From Octopus sinensis (lineage: Eukaryota): 64,000 nt of DNA. This document shows, piece by piece, positions 1-11,887 of this stretch. The stretch spans positions 59,830,001 through 59,894,000 of the forward strand of contig NC_043009.1 in the NCBI RefSeq assembly GCF_006345805.1. Direction: 5' to 3'. The notes beneath the pieces were generated by a model, which made no database searches, was not told the origin of the DNA, and saw nothing but the letters and a program-made list of their open reading frames with translations. Numbering within the stretch: the stretch's first letter is position 1; each line of letters opens with the position of its first letter. The translations under genes were made by a program, and so were the position numbers.

Positions 1-82
1 GTTCGCTAGACCGCAGTCAAATCGTCCAACTCATGCTAGCATGGAAAGCAGATGTTAAACGATGATGATGATGATGATGATG
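1..82 (+). mobile_element. RTE LINE 3' tail fragment ending in (GAT)n
   Basis: catgctagcatggaaagcagatgttaaac(gat)n, identical in style to the tail attached to the RTE ORF end at 28715-29330. Confidence 0.7.
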
Positions 83-218
83 CTTATACAAGACCTGTAT
101 TAGACTCCTCACTCGTATCATCATGGAACCAAGCGTTTAACTACAGTCCTTACATAGCACTTACACGGCCTTACCTACCAACTTTGGTCTTGTGGATATC
201 AATACCTCTAATTATATA

Positions 219-753
219 TCATCATCATCATCGTTTAACATCTGATTTCCATGCTGGCATGAGTTGGACGGTTTGACTGGGAGCTAGCAAGCCAGGAGGT
301 TGCACCAGGCTCCACTCTGATCGGGCAGTGTTTCTACAGCTGGATGCCCTTCACAATGCAGAGCCACTCCGAGAGTGTAGAGGGTGTGTTTTACGTGCCA
401 CCGGCATGGCAGTCGTCAGATAGCACTGGCATCGGTCACATTCAGATGGTGCTTTTTTACATGCTACCAGCACAGGAGCCAGTCGGGGTGGGGAAGAGGG
501 GGCTGGCATCGACCACATTCAGATTGTGCCTTTTACATGTCACCAGCATGGGGAGCCAGTCAAGCCATTTTAAACGAATGTGACGACTATGTATATGATG
601 AAGAGAATGCTGGCAAGTTGTCATCATCATCATCATCATCATTATCATTTAACGTCCGCTTTCCATGCTAGCATGGGTTGGACGATTTGACTGAGGTCTG
701 GCGAACCAGATGGCTGCTCCAGACTCCAATCTGAACTGGCAGAGTTTCTACAG
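219..753 (-). mobile_element. Two RTE 3' UTR/tail fragments (219-580 and 623-753)
   Basis: (cat)n-cgtttaac...catgctggcatg...ctacagctggatgccc...cactccgagagtgtag family motifs. Confidence 0.7.
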
Positions 754-1312
754 CATTCCATTAATAGATTTCCATGCCTTTAAACTTTATTCCCATTCGT
801 CTATCGCACTACCTTTCTTCACTCTTGGCTTTCTGCTATTTTCCTTCTTTCTCCTCCTTCTCTTTCTCTAAATTGCATTTGACATTGAATCTATTAACAG
901 TTTGTTTTTCTTCTTTAAATAACTTGCCAGTGTTCCCTTCATCATATAAGCAGTCATCACATTTGGTTAAAATTGCTTATTGATGTTGTTTCTCTTTTTT
1001 TTTTCCTGATGAGAAGATTGCATTGTTTAATATCATTTTATTCCTTCTGGAATAATACCAATGTTTTCATCGAAACATATGTTGGAAGTATAGAAATTTC
1101 AATAACACCTGCGTTTAACCCCATTTCTTTATTTACCTGTTACACAAACTCATTTCACTAAACCCTGGAATTTCTATCTTTTAAGTAGGCTGTAACATCC
1201 TTGGTACTTATGTGAATTTTTTGCTACCCTGGTAACTATTTATTTTTTCCATGTTATTTGTACACATTGAAAAAATCTACGTACATTTATATATATATAT
1301 ATACATATAATT

Positions 1313-1500
1313 TTAATCCAAACGGGAAACAAAAAAACAACAACAATGGAACAATTACAGTATTATTATTAATAGGCGCTCAGGAAAAGGAAGCAGGGAG
1401 GTATGACGTTTCGAGCGGAGCTCTTCGTCGGAAACATAAAGAAGAAGAGAGAGGAAAGAAAGATCCCAGAGCGGGCAACAGGGAAAGAGAAAAAAGACGA
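1313..1500 (-). mobile_element. Penelope-type non-autonomous repeat carrying a hammerhead-like motif (family also at 45973-46165)
   Basis: Shares aatccaaac...cgctcagg...cgtttcgagcggagctcttcgtc with the 46 kb copy. Confidence 0.55.
1401..1435 (-). ncRNA. Degenerate minimal type-I hammerhead ribozyme fold
   Basis: Minus strand reads CCGACGA-A-GAGC-TCC-GCTC-GAAA-C-GTC. Stem II and palindromic ACGT stem III are intact; U4 is changed to C and stem I is imperfect. Confidence 0.45.
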
Positions 1501-1959
1501 CTGGTGTTTACGAGTTGCACATGGTGAAAGGCGGATGTTTACGAAAACAGAGCAAAGTGGGTTTTTAAAGGCAAAAGAGTGGAGACAAGGTTGGTAACGC
1601 AACAGATGTGTGTGTATGTGTGAGTGTGTGCGTGTGCGTGTGTGTATGTGTGTGTGTGAGGCGAGATGAAAAAACAAAAAAATATATATGTGTGTGTTAG
1701 TGTGTGCGTCTGTGTGTAGGCGTGTGAGGTAGGGCGAGATAGTGGTCAGCTTAGCAGACAAAGGTCAGTAGTAAGAAAAAGAAGGAAGGAGGAAGGGAGG
1801 GAGGGGAAGGGGTGGGGGCGTATGTAGCGTGCCAGCGTTTGTTGAGTAGTACTGTGTGTGTGTGTCCAGTGTCGTGGTGGTATAAATGGCGAGTAGATTG
1901 AATGTGTGTAAGAGTAATGTATATATTAAGCAATGTGTGTATATGTGTGCGCGTGTGTG

Positions 1960-2161
1960 TAACGAAAAAGGGGGGGGGTTAAGGAAAAGGACTCCAGCTG
2001 AGGGGAAGATGGAAGAGTGGTCCCGCGGAGGAGGGCGTGGGAAAACCCAACGACACGCGACGGTCCCAGGAACGGGCGGGAGGTCTTGTCGGTTCCAAGA
2101 GCGAGGTGCCTGCGGAGCGTATGCGTACGCGAACCGGCGCAAGCGCGTGCGTGCGCGAGCC

Positions 2162-2165
<4 letters not shown>
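1960..2165. promoter_or_regulatory. CpG-rich unique segment, possible promoter or first exon
   Basis: Locally high GC and CpG (cccgcgg, gggcgtgg, gggcggg, gcgcgtgcgtgcgcg) in an AT-rich background. The target gene is not identified. Confidence 0.35.
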
Positions 2166-2193
<28 letters not shown>

Positions 2194-2701
2194 TTATGTG
2201 TGTGTGTATACGTTTGTGTGTCTGTGTTTGTCCCCTCCCCCAACATCGCTTGATAACCGATGCTGGTGTGTTTATATCCCCGTAACTTAGCGGTTTGGCA
2301 AAAGTGACCGATAAAATAAGTACCAGGCTTACAAAGAATGACTGAAACAAGTAAAAGAGTTACCAATTTTTGTGAGACTCGCATTAAGTTTTACACATGG
2401 GGGCCTTCAAGGTTTATATAGCTTAGAAGCTCACAGTAGCATAACCTGGGAGAGGAGGGTGGCGACGTGCTCTGGGTGGTGGGACTTTTATGGGCATTTC
2501 GGGTCTGCTGCATATGCCTGTCTAGGCTTCAGAATCTGAGAAGGAGAATGGTGAATTCAAGAACTATCTTGGGTTGCACACATTCAAGCTACACCACCAG
2601 GATTTCATCAACCCTAAATCCGTTACTAGTCAAGACACTGAACTGGAGAAGAGCCATCCAATTCATGAAAGGATAGAAAAGGGGACGTTGCACTTTTTTT
2701 T

Positions 2702-3101
2702 GAGTGGCTGTGTGGTAAGTAGCTTGTTTACCAACCACATGGTTCCGGATTCAGTCCCACTGCGTGGCACCTTAGGTAAGTGTCTTCTACTATAGCCTCG
2801 GGCCGATCAAAGCCTTGTGAGTGGATTTGGTAGACGGAAACTGAAAGAAGCCCGTCGTATATATGTATATATATGTATGTGTGTGTATATGTTTGTGTGT
2901 CTGTGTTTGTCCCCCCAACATCGATTGACAACCGATGCTGGTGTGTTTATGTCCCCGTTTCTTAGCGGTTCGGCAAAAGAGACCGATAGAATAAGTACTG
3001 GGCTTACAAAAGAATAAGTCCTGGCGTCGAGTTGCTCGATTAAAGGCGGTGCTCCAGCATGGCCGCAGTCAAATGACTGAAATAAGTAAGAGTGAAAGAG
3101 T
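2702..3101 (+). mobile_element. tRNA-derived CORE-type SINE with central microsatellite (full length)
   Basis: A-box-like gtggctgtgtggtaag, B-box-like ggattcagtccc, CORE-like gcaccttaggtaagtgtc, TA/TG spacer, 3' half ending aaatgactgaaataagtaagagt. Many copies in the window. Confidence 0.8.
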
Positions 3102-4689
3102 ATGTGTCTTGAGTAAGGAGCAAATGCTTATGGCTTTTAGAGGTCCTTAGGTACTTATGAGAATAATGTCATTAATATTTTGTTTAAACAGTTGCAAGTC
3201 AACAACTGCAGTAAGGATATTAACGAGTAGGAGATTCCGGAGGACCGACGTTCGGGAAGGAGGTGACGGATATAGAAGGACTGGGTGGAGTGGTGTTCTG
3301 CTCTGGAAATCGGACAAAAATTGCGTAAGGAAAGGAAGAGTGCCGTACGAGCGCAGAAAGTACTAAAGCTATACAACCCCGAGGAACAGTAGTAATAGAA
3401 AGCGCTGAGACAGCATGACTGTGGGGCCAAGGACTGGAGTGTTTCTGTGTAATGCAGAATGTCGACAGCGAGGTTGTGATGATGATGATAATATGTTTGT
3501 ATTGATGCTTAGTTACTAATTAAAGTCTTGTGTGTTTGTGTGTGTGTACTTGCGTATATGAGTGTGAATATACACACGCATTAGTGACTATAGAATACAT
3601 ATACACCGTTTCTAAACGTAGATAACAAGTATATCAACGTTTCTTTGTCGACTTGCCAAGAATATTGATTGAAATAAAAAGTATACAAAGAAGTTTATCC
3701 TATATAAACTTCACAAGGTCATCTTTGATGTATTGTATTATATTATATGATTATAATATTAAATACTATTTAATTATCTGTCCACCGTATCTATACATTT
3801 ATCCATCTATTCGATTAAGCTAGCTAACAGTTTAACTACCTGTTTGTGTATCTGACAATCATTGTGTATCTATCCGACTACCCGATCGTGTCTACCTACC
3901 TTCTGTTTAGATATATATATATACATATGCATATATATATATATGTATGTGTATAATTTGCTGTCTATTTATATATCTGTTTCTTTGTCGATCTATCTAT
4001 CTACGTCCGTATTTATATCCGTTTTGCCTTCCCTAACGAATTGAAACTACGAAAAGGGGGGAACATACAAGGTACATTATTTCATTGAACACCGAATCAC
4101 CAAGAATGACATCATTAATAGCGCACCGGCTTTAGTCGCTCCACATTCGCCCCCCCACCCACACATCCACATTCACGCATACACACACACACACACCCAG
4201 ATACAAAATATATACACTCGTTCACATCATTACACACACACATTCACCAAGTGTCACAAACACCCATCCTCAGCCTGGTAACAATCAGATCTCACATCCT
4301 CTGTCCGTGCACATGACACACATTTATTCTAATAACCTCTTGTTTTTGTGACTTCAACCAGACCCGCCCAGCAACATCGGCAGTAAAGCAATTTTTTGAA
4401 AAACCCATCATATTCCTCACATTGAAAGTTCTGACAGATGTCGACCAAACAATGTAAGTAGAGAACAATTATTATTATGATTATCATTATTACCCTCTCT
4501 ATTATTCTCATTGTTTCATAATCGTTTTGTCTTTTTTTCTCTCAAACTATTCTTCTCTTTCTCTCTCTTATTTTAATTTCATATGTTATTGGTAGTTTGT
4601 GTGTGTGTGTATGTGATATCCCTTTGTTAAAACAATAGATGCCACATTCATATACATTCATACATAGAGACCATCACTCTTATATATCA

Positions 4690-4728
<39 letters not shown>

Positions 4729-5058
4729 GACACTGGTGTGTATTTGTACGTACGTACATAAATGTTTGTATATGTACGTACGTACACATGTGTATTTGTA
4801 CGTACGTACATATGTATGTTGCTTCAGCATGGCCTTACTCGTGATCGCTAGAATAAACTAAACAGTCATCGGCATGTATAGAAACTTATGTTCACATAGA
4901 TATCTAAATACCCATTCAACCATGTCTGTGCGCGCGCACTCAATATTTAACATACCTTTATCCTTTTCTTCGCCCCTCTCTCTCACTCTCTCTCTATTTA
5001 TTCTGCTGTTAATCGACTTAATCATTTAGCATTGATCTCACCCATATATAGGCACTCC

Positions 5059-5107
<49 letters not shown>

Positions 5108-5487
5108 TTCCAGCGATTGAAATGGGCATCAGGAACCATCACTATCATAACTTCCGAGAGGCTGGACTACACACTCTTAACCGTTATCCACACCTTCGTA
5201 AGCCGAAAAGTACAGACAAGAACGTCGTGTCCCCTGAAAACTACCCCTTCATTTCTCTCACTCCATAAACGTCCTCTCTAACACAACTTTCTTTTCATCT
5301 CACAATTGTTCACTGGCAAACATGTTCTCTACTCACACCTACACTCACATTTATACACTCATATACATACACATAACTTTATAATTACCGAAACTATTGT
5401 TCCTGACTCACCATCATTTCCGTTTTTTGTTTCTTTTTACTTCTCCCCTATCTGTACATTCATCACACACGCTTTGATCATCACTAA

Positions 5488-5715
5488 CTTATATATATTT
5501 CTTTACTACCCACAAGGGGCTAAACACAGAGGGGACAGACAAAGGGATTAAGTCGATGACATCGACGCCTGTGCGTAACTGGTGCTTAATTTATCGACCC
5601 CGAAAGGATGAAAGGCAAAGTCGACCTCGGCGGAATTTGAACTCAGAACGCAACGGCGGACGAAATACCACAAAGCATTTCGTCCGGCGTGCTAACGTTT
5701 CTACCAGCTCGCCGC
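5488..5715 (-). mobile_element. tRNA-derived SINE, second family (central gactttgcctttcatcctttcggggtcgataaattaagtacc)
   Basis: Head ggcggcgagctgg..gaaacgttagc, B-box gagttcaaattcc, tail tagtaaagaaat. More than 15 related copies in the window. Confidence 0.8.
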
Positions 5716-6163
5716 CTCTATCATCACTAACTTATATATTTCATCCTTTTTTTTTTATTTTCTTTTATGAGGGACTGGCAGACGAAATTGCTCAAAGCGT
5801 ATGCATAGACGTATGTCAATTAATTAATGATGCATTACTCTGCGTTTATTCAATAATCTGAACTTTGATGTTAGGCACACCTACAAGTTTTATTATCAGC
5901 GAATTGTAAACAAATATGTCTCTGTGAGCAGAAACACTGGTGATTATCCTAGCCAGTTTCATCACTGTTTGGTGACTCGTTAGCGAACCTGAATATTCTA
6001 GCCACAGGATGAGTGATAGCATCATTTATATCAAACTGAAACCAGGACTCGACTGAAACATCAAGCCTAATTTGCATAACAATTAATAATGTACTAAAGC
6101 CTAATTTGCATAACAATTAATAATGTACTAAACAGTATTTATTGAATAATTTGAAATTTATTG

Positions 6164-6826
6164 AGGTCTGGCGAACCAGATGGCTGCACCAAGCTCCAGT
6201 CTTGATCTGGCAGAGTTTCTACAGCTGGATGCCTTTACTAACGCTAACCACTCCGAGAGTGTAGTGGGTGCTTTTACGCGCCACCGGCACGGGGGCCAGT
6301 CAGGCGGTACTGGCAATGGCCACTCTCAAATTGTGCTTTTTATGTGCCACCTGCTCAGGAGCCAGTCCAGCGGCATTGGCAATGACCTCACTCAAATGTT
6401 TTTTCATGTGCCAGCACAAGTGCCAGTAGATGACACAGGTAATGATCACGCTCGAATGGCGTTTTTAATGTGCTGGTGGAACGTAAAAAGCTCCATTCGA
6501 ACGTGATCATTACCTGCATCGCTTTACTGGCACGTAAAAAAAACATTCAAGCAAGGTCGTTGCTAGTGCCGCTGGACTGGCTCCAGTGCAGGTGGCACAT
6601 AAAAAGCACCATTTGAGCATGGCCGCTGTCAGTACTGCCTGCCTGGCCCTCGTGCCGGTGGCAAGTAAAAGCACCCACTACACTCTCAGAGTGGTTGGCG
6701 TTAGGAAGGGCATCCAGCTGTAGAAACTCTGCCAGATCAGACTGGAGCCTGGTGCAGCCCTCAGTCAAATCATCTAACCCATGCTAGCATGGAAAACGGA
6801 CGTTAAATGATGATGATGATGATGAT
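6164..6826. mobile_element. Head-to-head pair of RTE 3' UTR copies
   Basis: 6164-~6470 is on the minus strand and ~6475-6826 on the plus strand ending in (gat)n. Both cover the same family segment. Confidence 0.7.
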
Positions 6827-7238
6827 TTAATGTCTGTTTTCCATGCTGGCATGGGTTGGACAGGTTGACAGAATGCTGACCAAGATTCATGTCTATTTTG
6901 GCATGGTTTCTATGGTTGGATGCCCTTCCTAATGCCAACCACTTTACAGAGGGTGCTGGGTGCTTTTACACAACACCAGTATGGGTGCTTTTTATGTGGC
7001 CCCAGCACTTACGATCCCACAAGATTAGGGATGCTCAGCTGGAGTGGGTTGCAAGGGATGAGCTTCTGTTCAAGGGCAGCCAAGCTTTTACCTAGCTTGA
7101 CATGTCCTTTCAAGCACAGCAAACTGCCAGGAGTCCTAATCGCCTGTCATCCCGTCTGTGAGTCCCAACATTTGTAGATCCTTTCTCACCACTTTGTCTT
7201 ACATCTTCCGGGGCCTACCCCTTCCACACATTCCCTCT

Positions 7239-7273
<35 letters not shown>

Positions 7274-7764
7274 CATACACACAATGGGCTTCTTTCAGTT
7301 TCCATCTACCGTTATACATGTACATATATATATATATACATATATACGACAGGCTTCTTTCAGTTTCCGTCTACCAAATCCACTGACAAGGCATTGGTTG
7401 GCCTGAGGCTATAGTAGAAGACACTTGCCCAAGGTGCCACATAGTGGGACTGAACCCGGAACCATGTGGTTCGTAAGCAAGCTACTTACCACATCTTGAT
7501 GCAGCTGTCTTCATTCATTTGCATTACATGGCCAAACCAGTGCAGTTTTCTCGTTTGCACACTACATCTAATGCTACATATACCCAGTTTTTTTCTCAAA
7601 TCACTTACACCCTGTTGTATATGCATACTGACATTAGCCATCCAGTGAAGCATGTCCTCAGTACTCACAGCCCATGTCTCACAGCCATGTAGCATAGCTC
7701 TCTGTACACAGGCGCCATACAAACTGCCTTTCACTCTGAGGGAGAGGCCCTTTGTTACTAACAA
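6808..7764 (-). mobile_element. RTE-clade LINE 3' portion (RT C-terminus plus 3' UTR), interrupted by a SINE at ~7231-7492
   Basis: Minus strand KGSLYGACVQRAMLHGCETW...RKLHWFGHVMQMNEDSC (7494-7764) continues as VEGMCGRGRPRKM*DKVVRKDLQMLGL (7090-7230), then the (GAT)n tail. These are typical RTE C-terminal motifs, with stops. Confidence 0.85.
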
Positions 7765-8265
7765 AGGTGTTGGCACATAAAAAGCACCCACTACACTCAC
7801 GGAGTAGTTGGCGTTAGGAAAGGCTGTAGAAACACTGCCAGATCAGACTGGAGCCTGGTGCAGCCACCTGGCTTCACAGACCCCAGTCGAACCGTCCAAC
7901 CCATGCTAGCATGGAAAGCGGACGTAAAACAGAAAGACAAAGAAGACAAAGACAAAGGTAGCAGCCCTCTGAACTCCGCCCAGCTTTTTCCTATTCTAGT
8001 CTAGGGGTCACCAAAGGGGATCAAAGGGGCCCCCTAAGGGTCAGTGAGGAATTAAAGGGAGTCGATGATAGCCAAAGTGTTGACTGTGGGGTAGGCGTAC
8101 AAAAGGCCAGCTCACCCAGATGATCTACTTGAAATACTTAGCGCCAAGCTCATCCCTCGCATTGATGTTGCCAATTCCAGTAAAAGATATTCCAGCAATT
8201 TGATGCATTTTTTACATTTTCTAACCGTGGAAAGAATTTCATAAAAATTGAAACTTTAATACTGT

Positions 8266-8646
8266 ATACTCTTTTACTCTCTTTAACTTGTTTCAGTCAT
8301 TTGACTGTGGCCATGCTGGAGCACCGCCTTTAGTCGACCAAATCGATCCCAGGACTTATTCTTTGTAAGCCTAGTACTTTTCTATCGGTCTCTTTTGCCG
8401 AACTGCTAAGTTACAGGGACGTAAGCACACTAGCATCGGTGGTCAAGCGATTTTGAGGGAGACAAAGACAAACACACACACACATACATATAAATATATA
8501 TATATACATATATACAACGGGCGTCTTCCAGTTTCCGTCTACCAAATCCACTCACAAGGCTTTGGTCAGCCCAAGGTGCCACACAGTGGGACTGAACCCG
8601 GAACCATGTGGTTGGTAAGCAAGCTACTTACCACACAGCCACTCCT
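8266..8646 (-). mobile_element. CORE-type SINE (full length)
   Basis: Reverse complement of the 2702-3101 family. Confidence 0.8.
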
Positions 8647-8949
8647 ACACCTTGTATACTCGTACAAGTAGTTTTACATGTAAAGTGTCATTTTCAATAG
8701 AATTTCTTAATATTTGTTGTATATGTGTATTTTAGCTAACATTTTAATCGCGAGCATCAGTATTTAAGATATGGTATGCTAGATTAGGGTATTTAGATGT
8801 TTTAAATGAGGAGGATGGTTGATGCAGAAGAAGAAGTGGCTGAAGAGGGTCAATGGTTAAAAAAGTTTGGCGACCTCTGTTCTGGTAGCTACGCTTTCAG
8901 AACAACCACCTCCACTACTTACGTAGTCACCTAAGTAACAGAAACTATG

Positions 8950-8986
<37 letters not shown>

Positions 8987-8987
<1 letters not shown>

Positions 8988-9483
8988 TAGCAGTATCGCC
9001 CGGCGTTGCTCGGGTTTGTAAGGGAAATAACTATATAAGCATTTTTAGAGAGTTACTTCCCTTATAAATTTGGGCTTTCTTTTGTTTTGGTGTCTTCAAG
9101 CCATGAAGTCGTTGTTCTAAAAGAACGCTGGTTCCTTCACAACGCATTACGACGTTGATTTCTTTACACTCCCTTCCCCACAGCTTCACGAGGGAGGGAA
9201 GGGGGAGAAGCAAACAGGTGCAGCTGTGAGCGTGGACGCCAACTCCGCCGCCATTGACATACGATGCATTTTATGCATTAAAATGGAATAAAAAATGATG
9301 TTAAATTATTTTTAAAATCGTAGACTCATCGTAGACGCGCGCTAATAGTCAGACGGGCTCGATATGAATCACGACTATAAGATACCCGAATTTGGTTAAA
9401 CTGCACCGCAAAATGTGGGAGTAGTTAGGAATCTAAATCGAAGGGGACAGACACTCACACAACTAGAGTTTTATATATATAGA
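8987..9483 (-). mobile_element. Non-autonomous Helitron
   Basis: Minus strand starts A|TC and ends CTAG|T, with a CCCG...CGGG hairpin (8999-9014) 8 nt before CTAG. Inserted in (TA)n. Same termini as 25144-25526. Confidence 0.8.
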
Positions 9484-9500
9484 TATATATATATATATAG

Positions 9501-9939
9501 GTGCAGGAGTGGCTGTGTGGTAAGAAGCTTGCTTCCCAACCATATCGTTCTGGGTTCAGTTCCACTGCGTGGCACCTTGGACTTGTGTCTTCTATAGCCT
9601 CAGGCTGACCAAAGCCTTGTGAATGGATTTGGTAGACGGAAACTGAAAGAAGCCCATCGTATATATATATATGTATATATATATGTGTATGTGTGTGTAT
9701 ATATATATATGTATGTATGTATTCATGTATTGTGTGTTTGTGTTTGTCCCTCCCCCCATCGCTTGACAACTGATGTTGGTGTATTTATGTCTCCGTAAAC
9801 TTAGCAGTTTGGCAAAAGAAACTGATAGAATAAATACTAAGCTTACAAAGAATCAGTTCTGGGGTCGATTTGTTCGACTAAAGGTGGTGCTCCAGCATGG
9901 CCACAGTCAAACGACTGAAACAAGTAAAAGAATAAAAGA
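9501..9939 (+). mobile_element. CORE-type SINE (full length)
   Basis: Same family as 2702-3101. Confidence 0.8.
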
Positions 9940-9954
9940 AAGACTATGTATGTA

Positions 9955-10005
<51 letters not shown>

Positions 10006-10082
10006 ATATATTGTGTATGTATGTATATATATTGTGTATGTATGTATATATATTGTGTATGTATGTATATATATTGTATATG

Positions 10083-10120
<38 letters not shown>

Positions 10121-10124
10121 AATT

Positions 10125-10290
10125 CTCTTTCTGTTTATTTTCCCGTGTCCCTTCCTGTTGAAGAGCGTAGGATTGAAACATAAAAGACTTCCTCACCTTT
10201 CTGAACGTTAAACTAATGCACCTGTTTGCTGTTTACACACCTGTCTTCGTCTTTTATTTTTCTGTAAATCACAACTATCTGTGTCATATG
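10125..10290 (+). mobile_element. Short repeat with hammerhead-like fold (second copy 11905-12065)
   Basis: cttcCTGTTGAAGAGCgtagGATTGAAACATAAAAG here and ctttCCGTGGAAGAGCatagGCTCAAAACGTTAAAG at 11943-11978, with shared downstream sequence. Confidence 0.5.
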
Positions 10291-10583
10291 CATTTATACA
10301 GACCCACACATGAGAAATTATGAGCAAAGCAAGTTTATATTCACTTGTTTATATCACTGGGAACAAAAAACATAAACTTGTTTATCCTGATTTCCCCCCT
10401 ACTTTTACTTTGCGTTTCATAACTAGTAGTGCTACCGAGTACTAACCAAACCACTGCACTGGCAGTAAGCTGTGCAGTGATCCACATCGATCTCTAAACT
10501 CAACAGTAGCAGTTGTACACTTGTCTGTACACCCAAGATATACTGTATTTTAATGTTATAAAGTGCCCCCTAATTTTTTTGGC

Positions 10584-10811
10584 TTAACCCTTTCGTTACT
10601 GTATTTATTTTGAGATGCTCTGTGTTTCTTTCAATTATTTTAAATATGACAAAGAATTTAGTAAAATAACTTAGTTATCTTTCAGCTGGTGTTAGGAACA
10701 TAAATTGTGACTAAGGTTTAGTGGAAGATTTTAATTCAGAACTTATGAAAACAAGACATTTTACCACAGAGCCAGAGCCGGTTTTGGCCGGGTTAGTAAC
10801 AAAATGGTTAT
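10584..10811. mobile_element. piggyBac-like MITE, solo copy
   Basis: TTAA-CCCTTTCGTTAC left end and degenerate right end. Same family as the 20069-20824 array. Confidence 0.7.
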
Positions 10812-10851
10812 ATTTGGAAAAAAAAGGTTTTGTAAGGGATTATGATACTAT

Positions 10852-11042
10852 CAAAAGCTGTTCGATTCACTTCAACATTTAAGTTTAATTTGTCGAAATA
10901 TTTTCGTCGCTTTAAGACCGTGACCTGTTCACTGACAAAAATCTGTGCTGCATTTTTGTCTGTGAACAGGTCGCGGTCTTAAAGCGACGAAAATATTTTG
11001 ACAAATTAAACTTAAATGTTGAAGTGAATCGAACGGCTTTTG
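10852..11042. repeat. Fold-back palindrome (~90-bp arms, 11-nt loop)
   Basis: caaaagctgttcgattcacttc...gacaaaaa tctgtgctgca tttttgtc...gaagtgaatcgaacggcttttg. A single-arm family copy lies at 60829-60965. Confidence 0.9.
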
Positions 11043-11852
11043 TGTGTTTCTTAAATGGCTTACAAACACCTCCCACGCTGCAATTGTTTTCGTTTCAGCG
11101 CACGATCTCAGATCAAATCACTTGCTATGCAAGTACATCTCCGTAATATGATACTATCCATGTATAAGAAACGCCCATATTTTTTTTACCAAATTTTTGA
11201 CAAAAATGTGTTCCTTAAACATGTTGAAATACAGTATATCATCATCATCATCATTAAATGTTCATCTTTCATGTTGGCATGGGTTAGATGGATTGACACG
11301 AGCTGGCAATCTAGAGGACTACCCCAAACTCCACTGTCTCTTTTGGCATAATTTTTACAGCTGGATGCTCTTCCTGATGCCAACCAACCACATTACAGAG
11401 TGAACTAAAGGCTACTAATATTCTCTCGCTGTTAAGACACATGGTTAAGTAGTTTTTTTATAACATGCTTACAGCCATCAGGCAATCTTGATCTTGAAAA
11501 TTGCTTGGAGTCACAGGGTGCATTATAAAACCTGACTAACCACATATCTCAATGGCAAGAAAATATTAAATAGCTCTTATTGTAATACAGTGTATATTCA
11601 GTGATATTTGTGGTTCACTGGATGTAGTACTTATTTTTGTTGATCTTTGCTTACCAACCACATGGTTCCAGGTTCAGTCCCACTGTGTGGTACCTTAGGT
11701 AAGTGTCTTCTACTATAGCCTAAGGCCAACCAAAGCCTTGTGAGTGGATTTGGTAAATGGAAACTGAAAGAAGCCTGTCGTATATATATATATATATATA
11801 TACATATATACATATATATATCATCATCGTTTAACATACGTTTTCCATGCTA

Positions 11853-11887
<35 letters not shown>

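Noticed and set aside
2380-2700. Unique GC-moderate block with an open frame (KENGEFKNYLGLHTFKLHHQDF...)
   Set aside because: No recognisable domain and no convincing splice sites. Possibly an old retroelement piece; cannot be assigned.
3155-3430. Short ORFs on both strands, including a signal-peptide-like MLSQRFLLLLFLGVV on the minus strand
   Set aside because: That frame stops after 15 codons; the other frames show no homology.
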